Assembly (NCBI GenBank): GCA_029864065.1
Contig: JAOTUD010000001.1
Span: forward strand, 1 to 30,672
From: Gammaproteobacteria bacterium
GTDB lineage: Bacteria; Pseudomonadota; Gammaproteobacteria; GCA-001735895
DNA length: 30,672 bases
Direction of reading: 5' to 3'
Of this stretch, positions 9,380-18,572 are shown piece after piece (position 1 is the stretch's first letter; each line of letters opens with the position of its first letter). The notes beneath the pieces were generated by a model. The model had not been told where the DNA came from. It saw only the letters and a list, made by a program, of their open reading frames with translations, and did not search any database. Made by a program: the position numbers and the translations under genes.

Positions 9380-11188
9380 ATGCTCGCTGCCCTGATCATG
9401 GTCGGCAGCTTGCTGACAGGTAACTTCAGTTCCGCCTCGGCCGCAGACAAGGTAGTCATGCAGATCGGTTGGGATCACCAGTTTACCTACGCTGGCTTCT
9501 ACGCCGCCCAGTGGCAGGGCTACTACGAGGCAGCCGATCTGGAAGTGGAGATCCGATCGGCTATCACACCCGAGCGCAAGATTCTGCAATCCGCAAAAGA
9601 GGTCGCCGAAGGCCGCGCCGAGTTTGGCACCGCCGCGGCGGACTTTCTGATCATGGTCGATCAGGGTGCCCCCCTCGTCCTGCTGGCCAGCCTATTCCAG
9701 CAGAGTCCTGCAGGCTTCTTCGCGAAAAAGGGTGCAGGCCTAACCAGCCCAGCGGATCTGGTTCAACTGCGTGTCTCCAGGCGTATCAACGACATGCTCG
9801 ACGTGGAAATGCAGTCCATGCTCCTGGCCGAAGGTATCGATCCCGCAAAAGTGAAGGCCTACCCCAGAGAGAGGTCGCTCACCGGTTTGACGGAGGGGCG
9901 CGTGGATGTGATTCCCGGATTCCTGCCGTTGCGGCTGTGGCAGGCCCAACAGCTTGGAATCAAGGTTGATGTGCTGCGTCCGATTTCTTACGGCATCGAC
10001 TTTTATGGCAACAGCCTGATTACCCATCGACATCTGGTAGAAAGCAATCCTGAACTGGTGACGCGATTCGTTGACGCGAGCCTTCAGGGTTGGGTCTACG
10101 CTCTTGATCACCCCGATGAAATAGCCGATCGAATCGCCAACGATCTGCAACGAATATTTCCTCTCGATGAGCCCGAAGCGTTCAATCGGTTCGAAGCCGA
10201 ACAGATTCGCAAGCTGATGCTTTTTCCCATTGTGCCCGTCGGGAACATTAATCCGGAGCGTTGGCAGCGCATGCAGGAGCATTTGCTTCAAGTTGGTGTA
10301 GTAAAAAAGGCGTCAGACATTAAACAGTATATCTTCGACCCCAAAATGCTGGCGGATGCTCGGACCGAGCGGCTGTTAAATGCATTAAAGATTGGAATTT
10401 CAGTCCTCGTAATCATTGTGCTGGCATTTTTCGCTATAATCTGGCTGCTGCGCAGTTTGGTGGGGCGCCGGACCGAAGAGTTGCGCCATTTGATCGGAGA
10501 ACTGGAGGCCAAGAATATGGAACTTGAGCGTTTCGTTTACACCGCTTCTCACGAACTTAAAAGCCCCCTCGTCACCATTTCCGGCTTCACGGGATTGCTG
10601 GATAAAGATTTAAAAGAGGGAGACACCGAAAAACTGAAGCACGATATCCAGCGCATTACGTCTGCTACAGCCATCATGTCTACTCTGCTCGAAAATTTGT
10701 TGGAGTTATCCCGCATAAGCCGTTTTATCAATCCTCCGGAAGAGGTTCCTCTGGGTGAGTTGGTACAGGATGTGATGAGCTTTATGTTGCCGCGACTTAC
10801 TGGACAGCATGTCAAGATCACGGTGTTACCCGATTTGCCGCGTGTTTATGGCGATCGGGTACGCCTGCGTGAGCTGCTACGGAATCTAATCGAAAATGCA
10901 ATCAAGTTCAGGGGCGATCAGGCAGAGCTACAAGTGGAGATCGGTGCACGGGATAACGGCGCAGAAGTGATCTGTCATGTTCGCGATAACGGTAACGGCA
11001 TAGACCGAGCCTACCATGAAAAAATATTTGGCCTGTTCGAACGCCTCGATGCCGAGATTGAAGGTACCGGGATTGGTCTGTCTTTAGCACGACGAATCGT
11101 AGAGCTGCACGGCGGGCGTATCTGGGTTGAGTCAGGAGGTCCAGATAGGGGCAGCACATTCTTTTTTACGATTCCCAAAGTCGACTAG
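9380..11188 (+). CDS. Sensor histidine kinase: signal/TM + NMT1/THI5-like substrate-binding domain + TM + HisKA + HATPase_c
   Basis: Start uncertain: the ORF is open from 9158, and ATG 9380 gives a signal-peptide-like N-terminus. NMT1-like motifs WDHQFTYAGFYAA, GRAEFG, YGIDFYG; TM GISVLVIIVLAFFAIIWLL; H-box ASHELKSPL; NLIENAIKF; DNGNGI; GTGIGLS; GSTFFFT. Confidence 0.88.
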   Translation: MLAALIMVGSLLTGNFSSASAADKVVMQIGWDHQFTYAGFYAAQWQGYYEAADLEVEIRSAITPERKILQSAKEVAEGRAEFGTAAADFLIMVDQGAPLVLLASLFQQSPAGFFAKKGAGLTSPADLVQLRVSRRINDMLDVEMQSMLLAEGIDPAKVKAYPRERSLTGLTEGRVDVIPGFLPLRLWQAQQLGIKVDVLRPISYGIDFYGNSLITHRHLVESNPELVTRFVDASLQGWVYALDHPDEIADRIANDLQRIFPLDEPEAFNRFEAEQIRKLMLFPIVPVGNINPERWQRMQEHLLQVGVVKKASDIKQYIFDPKMLADARTERLLNALKIGISVLVIIVLAFFAIIWLLRSLVGRRTEELRHLIGELEAKNMELERFVYTASHELKSPLVTISGFTGLLDKDLKEGDTEKLKHDIQRITSATAIMSTLLENLLELSRISRFINPPEEVPLGELVQDVMSFMLPRLTGQHVKITVLPDLPRVYGDRVRLRELLRNLIENAIKFRGDQAELQVEIGARDNGAEVICHVRDNGNGIDRAYHEKIFGLFERLDAEIEGTGIGLSLARRIVELHGGRIWVESGGPDRGSTFFFTIPKVD

Positions 11189-11234
11189 TGCGTCTGTAAA
11201 TCAGCTCGTCAATTTATATATTTTGGGGGATACC

Positions 11235-11291
11235 CGGGGACAGTTTACTTAATTCGCAAAATACCGATCCGAATTAAATAAACTGTCCCCG
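11235..11291. repeat. Paired inverted repeat (22-bp arms, 1 mismatch, 13-nt spacer); REP/MITE-like, may act as bidirectional terminator
   Basis: Left arm cggggacagtttacttaattcg (11235-11256), right arm cgaattaaataaactgtccccg (11270-11291), between two convergent genes. Confidence 0.9.
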
Positions 11292-11296
11292 CGCTG

Positions 11297-12223
11297 TCAG
11301 GTGCTGGAGTCGTCCGGGCTCATACTGGTCAGCTGCGACCTCGCACGACCGATCCTGACGGTCTCGCGGTAGACGATGTAAAGCCCGCTCGAAATCACGA
11401 TCGCGGCGCCAAGCAGCGTGATTGCGTCGGGCAATTCACCCCACAAAAAGTAGCCGAGCAGGGTTGCCCAGATCAACGCGGAATATTCGAACGGTGTAAT
11501 CACCGCGGCGGGTCCGAGACGAAAGGCGTGCGTCACGCACATGACGCCGACGCTGCCGAAGGTGCCGGCCAGCGCGAACAGGCCGAGATCGACGAGGTTC
11601 GGCGTGACCCAGAAAAAAGGCGCCAGCAGGATGCCTGTCAGCGACATGCCGAGCTGCGGGTACAGCACCAGCGCCGCCGGGTTTTCGGTATTCTTGAATG
11701 CCCGGGTGGTAATCATCAGCAGGGCATAAAACACGACGCTCACCAGTACGACCAGCGCCGCCCACTGGAAAACCCCGGGCCCCGGCCGCAGCATGACGAG
11801 TACACCGACAAAGCCGATACCGACCGCGAGCCAGCGATGCAGGCCTACCGACTCACGCAGCAGCGGCATCGACAGGGCGGTGATGAATATCGGCGCCGCG
11901 AAGGTGATCGCGATTGCATCGACCAGTTTCATCTGCGACAGCGCCCAGAAGAAACTGAGCGTCAGGCCGAGCACCAGCAGGTAGCGTCCGACATGAACCG
12001 CGGGGCGTTTCGTCCGCAGGCGCCGCAGGCCTCCTCCGCGCAGCGCGAACAGGCACAGCAGCGGCAGGCCGAACCAGCTGCGCAACGCTGCCACCTGCAC
12101 CACCGGGTAATCGGCAGCGAGCCACTTGATGGTCGCGTCCATGACCGCAAAGCCGGCGATGCCGATCAACATCAGGGCAATACCCAGGGTAGGGTGATCG
12201 GTATTTTCGGCTATATCAGTCAC
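11297..12223 (-). CDS. DMT/EamA family transporter
   Basis: 308 aa, about 10 TM segments; AITFAAPIFITALS...LLRE.V...RW and PFEYSALIWATLLG signatures. Confidence 0.9.
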   Translation of the reverse strand: MTDIAENTDHPTLGIALMLIGIAGFAVMDATIKWLAADYPVVQVAALRSWFGLPLLCLFALRGGGLRRLRTKRPAVHVGRYLLVLGLTLSFFWALSQMKLVDAIAITFAAPIFITALSMPLLRESVGLHRWLAVGIGFVGVLVMLRPGPGVFQWAALVVLVSVVFYALLMITTRAFKNTENPAALVLYPQLGMSLTGILLAPFFWVTPNLVDLGLFALAGTFGSVGVMCVTHAFRLGPAAVITPFEYSALIWATLLGYFLWGELPDAITLLGAAIVISSGLYIVYRETVRIGRARSQLTSMSPDDSST

Positions 12224-12317
12224 GGATTTTCTATTTGATCCACGGTAAACCCGCGCCAGGTCAGCAGGTCGCGCAGGTCGAGGTATCCAGTTATCCCAGG
12301 ATTTCTGCTGTTAATTC

Positions 12318-12423
12318 CTGGATCCCGCGATCGAGTCGCGGGATGACGGGTCGAGTCGCGGGATGACGGGTCGAGTCGCGGGATGACGGGTCGAGTCGCG
12401 GGATGACGGGTCGAGTCGCGGGA
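12318..12423. repeat. REP-like palindrome followed by a tandem array of a 20-bp unit (4 perfect copies + partial)
   Basis: Hairpin atcccgcga-tcgag-tcgcgggat (12322-12344). Unit tcgagtcgcgggatgacggg at 12331, 12351, 12371, 12391, partial at 12411. No spacers between units. Confidence 0.95.
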
Positions 12424-12516
12424 CGACGACAGCAGCGTGGGACAGAGCGCGAGCTGGCGGGTCAAAAAAGGCTGTTTTGTACCCTGATTTCCGCTGACGA
12501 CACGATCGCAACCCGG

Positions 12517-13950
12517 TCAGGGCACTGATTTTTTTGCGGTAACGACAAGATCGACGCGGCGATTTATCGCTCGGCCTTCCCTGGTCTCGTTGGATGCGAT
12601 TGGCCTGGATTCGCCGTAGCCGATATACCCGATCTTGTAACCGCCGGCCAGCGACGCCAGGTAGTTTGCGACCGAGATCGCCCGTCTCGTCGACAGGTCA
12701 GCGTTCAGGTCGGTGGCACCGACCGAGTCGGTATGCCCTTCCACCGCAACCAGTTCGGCGCCAACGGATTTGATAATGCTGTTGATTTTTACCAGCAGCG
12801 GCTTCGACGCCTCGGGAATCGTTGCGTTGCCGGAGGCGAAATTGATTTGCTTGAGCCTGAAGATCAGCTTACTGCCTTGCTGATATACCGACGCCTCGTC
12901 TTCGGAAAACTGGCGTACCGCTTCATCCATCGCTTTCTGGAACCTGACCTGGGTGGAGGTTTTTTCCAGCTGTTCGTTCTGCATGACCAGCGCGGTTTCG
13001 GTTTCCATCAGGTTTGATTTTGTGGCCTCGAGTACTTCTTGCTGTTTTTCCATCGCCTCCTGCTGTTTCTTGAGGGTTCCCTCGGTTTGCGACAGGCTGG
13101 ACGTGGTGGCCTTTAAATTCTGTTCGAGATTACCGACGTTTGTCGAAAGCTTTTCCAGCTCCCTGTTTTGATAAACAATTTTCAGGGCTATGTTTTCGGG
13201 CGTTCCACGGGCGTTCAGGATGACCGCCATTACATCGGTCAGTAACACCGAGCTTGCTATCGCCTTGTCGACGCTGGGGCCGTGCACCGACGGGTCGCGG
13301 GGACTCTGGGCAATCAGGTTCTCCGCTTCGTTCAAATCCAGCATGGCCGTTCTCAGCGAATTCGGCGCGAGTTTGTCGGCGTCGTCATTGTCAGCCTTGC
13401 GGATGGCCTGGCTGACATCGTCCAGTTCCCTGAACTGGACCGCTTTCACTTCGAGAGAAAAATACTTCTTCTGAAACTCCGAGAAATCCCTCGGCGCGAG
13501 CGCCCTGGCGAAATCATCCGTTTCGTTCCTCAAATCATCGTCGACCTTGGCCAGGGCGGCAACCAGGGCAGGACTGTTTCTCAAGCCGGCGCCGAGTGCG
13601 GCCCTTCTGACCTCGAGCAGGCGCTCGGCGTTGGATTTTCTGGCCCAGGCCTGGTCGAGTGCGAGCTGGAGGTGGGTCTTGGCCAGCGTCGCCTTTTCGA
13701 GGATGTATTGCCTTTCATAATCGCCGGACAGCCCCTTGCGGGCTTTTTCCAGGTTTTCGCTGCCCCTGCTGTACTCCTTGAAAGACAACAGGTCGGCCTG
13801 AGTCTGCTCTGCCTGCTGGTATAACTCGGTAGCCTCCGACACCGCTGCCCGCGGATCCGCGCCCGGGGTGGATTCAGCCATTTTTGCGCCGCCGCAGCCC
13901 GCAAGCGCGAGCACCATGGCGCAGTAATAAACAATATTGACCGTTTTCAT
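12517..13950 (-). CDS. OmpA/MotB-domain lipoprotein with long helical/coiled-coil region
   Basis: 477 aa. Lipobox LAGC after a hydrophobic stretch. C-terminal OmpA-like motifs INFASG, VEGHTDSVG, LSTRRA, GYGESRPIASN, NRRVD. Confidence 0.9.
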   Translation of the reverse strand: MKTVNIVYYCAMVLALAGCGGAKMAESTPGADPRAAVSEATELYQQAEQTQADLLSFKEYSRGSENLEKARKGLSGDYERQYILEKATLAKTHLQLALDQAWARKSNAERLLEVRRAALGAGLRNSPALVAALAKVDDDLRNETDDFARALAPRDFSEFQKKYFSLEVKAVQFRELDDVSQAIRKADNDDADKLAPNSLRTAMLDLNEAENLIAQSPRDPSVHGPSVDKAIASSVLLTDVMAVILNARGTPENIALKIVYQNRELEKLSTNVGNLEQNLKATTSSLSQTEGTLKKQQEAMEKQQEVLEATKSNLMETETALVMQNEQLEKTSTQVRFQKAMDEAVRQFSEDEASVYQQGSKLIFRLKQINFASGNATIPEASKPLLVKINSIIKSVGAELVAVEGHTDSVGATDLNADLSTRRAISVANYLASLAGGYKIGYIGYGESRPIASNETREGRAINRRVDLVVTAKKSVP

Positions 13951-14127
13951 ATTGGAATAGTCCTGTTTGGTATAAGCGATATTTTTCCGGATGATGGGAG
14001 ACGAGATCTCCAGTAATCTGCCTGGCGATTCAGAGGGGAATACCCACTAGACATCGACACCCGGCATATTAATAGATTCATCATCGATATGCGCGAATTA
14101 TAAGTGGAAAATTTTAACAAATGACTG

Positions 14128-14225
14128 ATCCGGGGACAGTTTATTTAATTGGCGGTGTCTTATTCGAAATAAGTAAACTGGCCCCGGATTGCTGTCCCCG
14201 GGTTGAAGTTAAGTAAACTGTTTTC
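14128..14225. repeat. Cluster of the GGGGACAGTTTAYTTAATT repeat: one inverted pair plus two partial arms
   Basis: Pair atccggggacagtttatttaatt (14128-14150) / aaataagtaaactggccccggat (14167-14189); partial ctgtcccc (14192-14199); ttaagtaaactg (14209-14220). Confidence 0.85.
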
Positions 14226-15483
14226 GGTTTGCGCGGTTTGCGCGGTTTGCGCGGCTTGCGGATTCGGAGCGGCTGCGGTAGGCGTAGTAGGCGAGCCCCG
14301 ACGTTACGAAAATGTAGACCGCGGACGCGAGGGCGAGGGTATCCATGCTGGTGCCGACATCGATTTGCCAGCCCATCAAGATTGGCGACAGCGCGGTACA
14401 GAAAACCATCACCGCCGAACCCAGCGACTTGATCGATCCCAGGTGCCGGTTGCCGTACATTTCCGACCAGAACGGCGCGACCGCGGTCGACTGGAATCCT
14501 ACCGTAACGCCGGTCAGCACGAGGAAGGCGCCACCCCAGAACAGGTCGGTCGAAAACGAAAGCACCACCAGCCCGACGCCCATCGGCAGCGCCACCAGTG
14601 GTATCATGCGGATCGCACCGTAACGATCGATGACGTGGCCGGTCACGAGCTTGGTCGCAACCGAAACCATCGCGTAGACCGAAAACAGCGCGGCCCAGCC
14701 GATCAGCGGCCAGCCCTTGCTTTCGACCAGGTGCACCTGGTGGAAGATGAAACCGGTAAACATCAGCGGCTGTGACATCAGCCCCGGCGCAAACAAATAG
14801 AAGTAGCGGTCGCGCAGCACCTCGGAGCGCGTCCACTGGCGTCGCCGCACGACATTGACGTCGTGCGCGGCCGTTTGCGACAACCCGGCCAGGTAGTCGC
14901 GATGACGCCGCGCGTGACCGCGCAGCAGGTAGAATATCGCCGGCACCATGAACAGCACCAGCACGACGCCGGCTACCTGCCAGCTGTGGCGCCAGCCCAC
15001 CCACAACAGCAGTCCGACCAGCAGGCTCGGCATGATTGCTTCCGCAACCGCGTACCCCATGCCGGCGAGCGCCGATGCCTTGCCCTTGTGCGCGTCGAGG
15101 TAGCGCACCATCGCGGTCCCGCTGACGATAAACATCAGCCCCTGGCCGAACTGGCGTAACACGAACAGGCTGATCAACAGGGTCAGGATTCCGCTGCTGA
15201 ACGACATCATGACGCAGCCGACGCCGAGCCCGAGCACGATCGCGATGGACAGTTTCTTCAGCTCGATCCGGTCTACCAGCGAACCACTCCAGATCATGAC
15301 GATCGCGCTCAGCAGCGTCGCCAGCGAATAAATTCCGGCGAACTCGCCGTCGCTCAATCCCAGTGCGGCGCGCAGCTCGCCGCTGAACAGCGAAATCAGG
15401 AAAGTCTGCCCCGGCGACGACCAGAAGGTCATCAGGAATCCGAACAGCAGCAGTTGCCACTCGGAACGAATCAGTGTCAGCAC
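14209..15483 (-). CDS. Major facilitator superfamily transporter
   Basis: Start reassigned to GTG 15483 (MLTLIRSEWQLLLFGFLMTFWSSPGQTF), overlapping the upstream stop. About 12 TM; GSLVDR and GHVIDRYG MFS motif-A-like loops; EMYGNRHLGSI. Confidence 0.88.
   Translation of the reverse strand: MLTLIRSEWQLLLFGFLMTFWSSPGQTFLISLFSGELRAALGLSDGEFAGIYSLATLLSAIVMIWSGSLVDRIELKKLSIAIVLGLGVGCVMMSFSSGILTLLISLFVLRQFGQGLMFIVSGTAMVRYLDAHKGKASALAGMGYAVAEAIMPSLLVGLLLWVGWRHSWQVAGVVLVLFMVPAIFYLLRGHARRHRDYLAGLSQTAAHDVNVVRRRQWTRSEVLRDRYFYLFAPGLMSQPLMFTGFIFHQVHLVESKGWPLIGWAALFSVYAMVSVATKLVTGHVIDRYGAIRMIPLVALPMGVGLVVLSFSTDLFWGGAFLVLTGVTVGFQSTAVAPFWSEMYGNRHLGSIKSLGSAVMVFCTALSPILMGWQIDVGTSMDTLALASAVYIFVTSGLAYYAYRSRSESASRANRANRANRKQFT
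14225..14260. repeat. 9-bp tandem repeat (cggtttgcg x3 + 1 variant) inside the MFS 3' end
   Basis: Units at 14225, 14234, 14243 and 14252 (cggcttgcg); they read ASRANRANRANR on the minus strand. Confidence 0.9.
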
Positions 15484-17588
15484 GGATCGTCGCTTTGTTT
15501 GCACAAGATCAGCGCATCCACGGCGAACGCCGCCTGCGCATTGACGAGAACCGGGTTGATGTCGATTTCGGCGATGCAGTCCCTGAGCTCGTAGGCAATC
15601 ACCGACAGGCACACGATCGCATCGACCAGCGCCTGCCGGTTGGCCGGGGTCATGCCGCGGACTCCCTGTAGCAGCCGGTTGGCCCTGAGCGAGCCAATCA
15701 TTCGTTCGGCCTCGCGCGCGTCGACCGGGCACATCGCGACCGCGTGGTCGGACAGCAACTCGACCAGCACGCCGCCCGCGGCGACCATCACCACCGGTCC
15801 GAACTGCGCGTCGTTAAACGTGCCCAGCCCGATTTCGACGCCGTCGCCGATCATCCTCGAAACCAGCGCCGCGGGGCCGAGTCGCTGGTTCAGGTCGTCG
15901 TAGCGCTCGAGCAAAATCCGTTTCGAATCGATATTGACAAACACGCCCTTGCTGTCGCTCTTGTGTTTTACCCCGGTAGCCGCGGTTTTCAACACCAGCG
16001 GGTAACCGAGCGCCTGTGCCGCCGCGATCAGCTCGGAGCGGTTCTGTACGCTGCGATGATCGATGACCGGCATCGCAAAATCCTGCAATAGCGTGAGCGA
16101 CTCGATTTCACCCAGCGTTGGCGCCGGATGCGTTTCCAGTTTTTGCCGCCAGGCCGAGACCGATGCCGGGTCCAGCTGCGATACTTCGACCGCGGGTGGG
16201 CGGCATCGTTTAAAACGGTGGTATTCGAACAGATGGCGGAACGCGAGCAGCGTCTCGCGCGCGCCGTCGATCACCGGGATGCCCGCCGCGTGCGCGCGCC
16301 GGCAGATCCCGGCGTTGGCGAGGTCCGCGAAACAGGTCGCGAGCGCGATCGGCTTGCGGGTGTTTCTGCTAATCCGCTCGACCACGCGGTAAATTGCCTC
16401 CGACAGGTAATACCCGTCGCGCAAATTGCTGATGAAGGCGCCGGCGGCGACGTTGGGATCCTGCATCAGCAAATCCATGCAGGCTTCGAAACGCTCCTCG
16501 AAACGGTCGTGCGAGCCCCAGACGTCGAGCGGGTTTTCCGCCTCGAGCCCGGGATCGAGATGCTGCTTCAGCGCCTGCATGGTCGTCCCCTCGAGCGATG
16601 CGAAATCGACGCCGATCTCGAATGCCTCGTCGGTAATCAGTTCGCGGAAGCCGCCGGATTCGAAGACCGCGGCGAAACCGCCGTCGGCGGCCTCGCGGCC
16701 GGATTGCAGCAGCATCAGGATCGACGCCATCTCGTCGAAGTCATTGACCTCGATGACGCCGTAACGCCGGAACAGCGCCTCGAAGGCGGCGTGGTTGCCG
16801 GCGATCGCGCCGGTATGCGTTACCGCCATTTTCGCGCCGAGCGGCGACTTGCCGATCTTGAGAACCACGACCGGGATGCCCTTTTGCCATGCCTTGTCGA
16901 GCGCGGCGACGAAGGCGGCCGGGTCGCGCACCGTTTCGAGAAACAGGCCGATGACGCGGGTATCGGCCTGCTCGAGGCTCCAGTCCATGTAGTCGGCGAC
17001 GCTCGTCACGATCTCGTTGCCGGCCGATACGCACAGGTTGAAACCGAGCCGGCAGCCGTTGTGGCACAGCGTGGTAAACGCCGAGCCTGACTGCGCGATA
17101 TAACTGATTCCGCCGCCGACGATCTCCGCTGCGCGCGGAAAGATACCGGCATACAGGTTTTCGCTGACGTTGTAAAAACCCATGCCGTTGATGCCGCAGA
17201 TCTTGATGCCGGCCGCTTTGGCCATCGTCGCAAGCCGTGCGCCGAGCCGGGGTTCCGCATCCTGCGCGAGGATGCCGCTGGAATAAATCGTCGCGGCGCG
17301 CGCGCCGTGCGCGATCGCCGCCTCGAGCGCGCTTTCGAGGTGCGGGTTACCGAGCGCGATAACGACATGATCCACGGTCGCGGGCAACGATTCGATGCCG
17401 GGATAACAGGCCCGCCCCAGTATTTCACGGTATCCCGGATTCACCGGGTAAACCTCGCCCGCGTAATCCGAGTCGAGCACCATCCTGGCCAGCACCTGCC
17501 CCGGGCTGTCGGGCCTGTCGGAGGCACCGACCAGCGCAATGCTGGCGGGCCGCAACAGCGGATCGAGAGGATGACCGGATTCAGTCAT
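15477..17588 (-). CDS. ADP-forming acyl-CoA synthetase / acetate-CoA ligase family (CoA-binding + ligase + ATP-grasp, single chain)
   Basis: 703 aa. LLRPASIALVGAS, VYPVNP, AQSGS, VSAGNE, FLETVRD, phospho-His motif THTG, YPLVLK...HKSD, EIDINP. Confidence 0.9.
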   Translation of the reverse strand: MTESGHPLDPLLRPASIALVGASDRPDSPGQVLARMVLDSDYAGEVYPVNPGYREILGRACYPGIESLPATVDHVVIALGNPHLESALEAAIAHGARAATIYSSGILAQDAEPRLGARLATMAKAAGIKICGINGMGFYNVSENLYAGIFPRAAEIVGGGISYIAQSGSAFTTLCHNGCRLGFNLCVSAGNEIVTSVADYMDWSLEQADTRVIGLFLETVRDPAAFVAALDKAWQKGIPVVVLKIGKSPLGAKMAVTHTGAIAGNHAAFEALFRRYGVIEVNDFDEMASILMLLQSGREAADGGFAAVFESGGFRELITDEAFEIGVDFASLEGTTMQALKQHLDPGLEAENPLDVWGSHDRFEERFEACMDLLMQDPNVAAGAFISNLRDGYYLSEAIYRVVERISRNTRKPIALATCFADLANAGICRRAHAAGIPVIDGARETLLAFRHLFEYHRFKRCRPPAVEVSQLDPASVSAWRQKLETHPAPTLGEIESLTLLQDFAMPVIDHRSVQNRSELIAAAQALGYPLVLKTAATGVKHKSDSKGVFVNIDSKRILLERYDDLNQRLGPAALVSRMIGDGVEIGLGTFNDAQFGPVVMVAAGGVLVELLSDHAVAMCPVDAREAERMIGSLRANRLLQGVRGMTPANRQALVDAIVCLSVIAYELRDCIAEIDINPVLVNAQAAFAVDALILCKQSDDPC

Positions 17589-18399
17589 CCCGGTTCAACC
17601 GCGCCTCGCGCCACGCCAGCGCGGCCTTCATGCCCTCACCACGCAGAATCTGGTTGAAACGTTTGCGCAGCTCGGTCTCCAGCGTCTCGATCCTGACCGA
17701 GGTATCCGCGCCCATGCGCAGCGCCTTGCCGAGGCCCATGATTTCATAGGACTGGTTGATCGCCCGCTTGGTCATTCTGACCGAATCCGGATCCATCAGC
17801 GCGGCCTCGCGCGCAAGTTCGATAGCGCGCCACAGGTATTTTTCGTTGGCTACCACCTCGTTGACGATACCTTGCTGCAGTGCCTCGCTGGCGCCCATCC
17901 GGTCCTGCCCGGTCAGCAGCATTTTCTTGGCGCGCTTGGGATTCACGTACCACGGCAGCAGCAGCGCGACGATGCTGCTGCCGAAGCGCAGCTCGGGTTC
18001 GCCGAACAGGCTGGAGGCGTCGCAAACCGTCATGTCGCAGGCGAGCGCGATCTCGAAACCGCCGGCGAGCGCGTAGCCGTGCACCGCGGCGACCGTCGGC
18101 TTGGGGCAATGCCAGAAACGCATGATCATGTCGAGATCGGTATCGATCGCCGCGCGCCACTCGGCCTCGCTGCTGCGATTGGCGGCGATACCGGCCTGCA
18201 GGTCGAAACCCGCGCAGAACGCGCGTCCGTTGCCGTGCACGACGACGGCGTGGATCGCGTCATTGCCCTCGATTTCGTCGAGAGCGGCGTTGATCTCGGC
18301 AATCATGGTCGCGTCGATCGCGTTCAGCTTGTCGGGACGATCGAGGGCGAGCAACGCAACTGGACCCTGATGGGACAACTCTATGGTCTTGAATGCCAT
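17581..18399 (-). CDS. Enoyl-CoA hydratase/isomerase family protein
   Basis: 272 aa. LDRPDKLNAI, GRAFCAGFDL, HGYALAGGFE, FGEPE. 8-bp overlap with the ligase start. Confidence 0.9.
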   Translation of the reverse strand: MAFKTIELSHQGPVALLALDRPDKLNAIDATMIAEINAALDEIEGNDAIHAVVVHGNGRAFCAGFDLQAGIAANRSSEAEWRAAIDTDLDMIMRFWHCPKPTVAAVHGYALAGGFEIALACDMTVCDASSLFGEPELRFGSSIVALLLPWYVNPKRAKKMLLTGQDRMGASEALQQGIVNEVVANEKYLWRAIELAREAALMDPDSVRMTKRAINQSYEIMGLGKALRMGADTSVRIETLETELRKRFNQILRGEGMKAALAWREARLNRDD

Positions 18400-18532
18400 G
18401 CGGACTCCGGGCAGTGCTGATTGCTGCGATTATAAGCGGCTTTGCGCCGGCGCCAAATCTATTCGTATCGCTCGTTTCCCTGCTAGCGTCATGTCCCCCG
18501 ACAAGAGCTTTAGCGGCGGCGCGATACGGGGC

Positions 18533-18538
18533 TAGAAT
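18533..18538 (+). promoter_or_regulatory. Candidate -10 box (TAGAAT) of the desaturase pseudogene
   Basis: gctagaatcggcgcattattc resembles the upstream region of the intact paralog (gttagaatcagccgattgattc, 19815-19836). Confidence 0.35.
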
Positions 18539-18572
18539 CGGCGCATTATTCAGCTCCGCGGGGGTTTATGAA

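Noticed and set aside
12331-12423. CRISPR array
   Set aside because: The units are directly adjacent with no unique spacers, are only 20 bp, and no cas genes are present.
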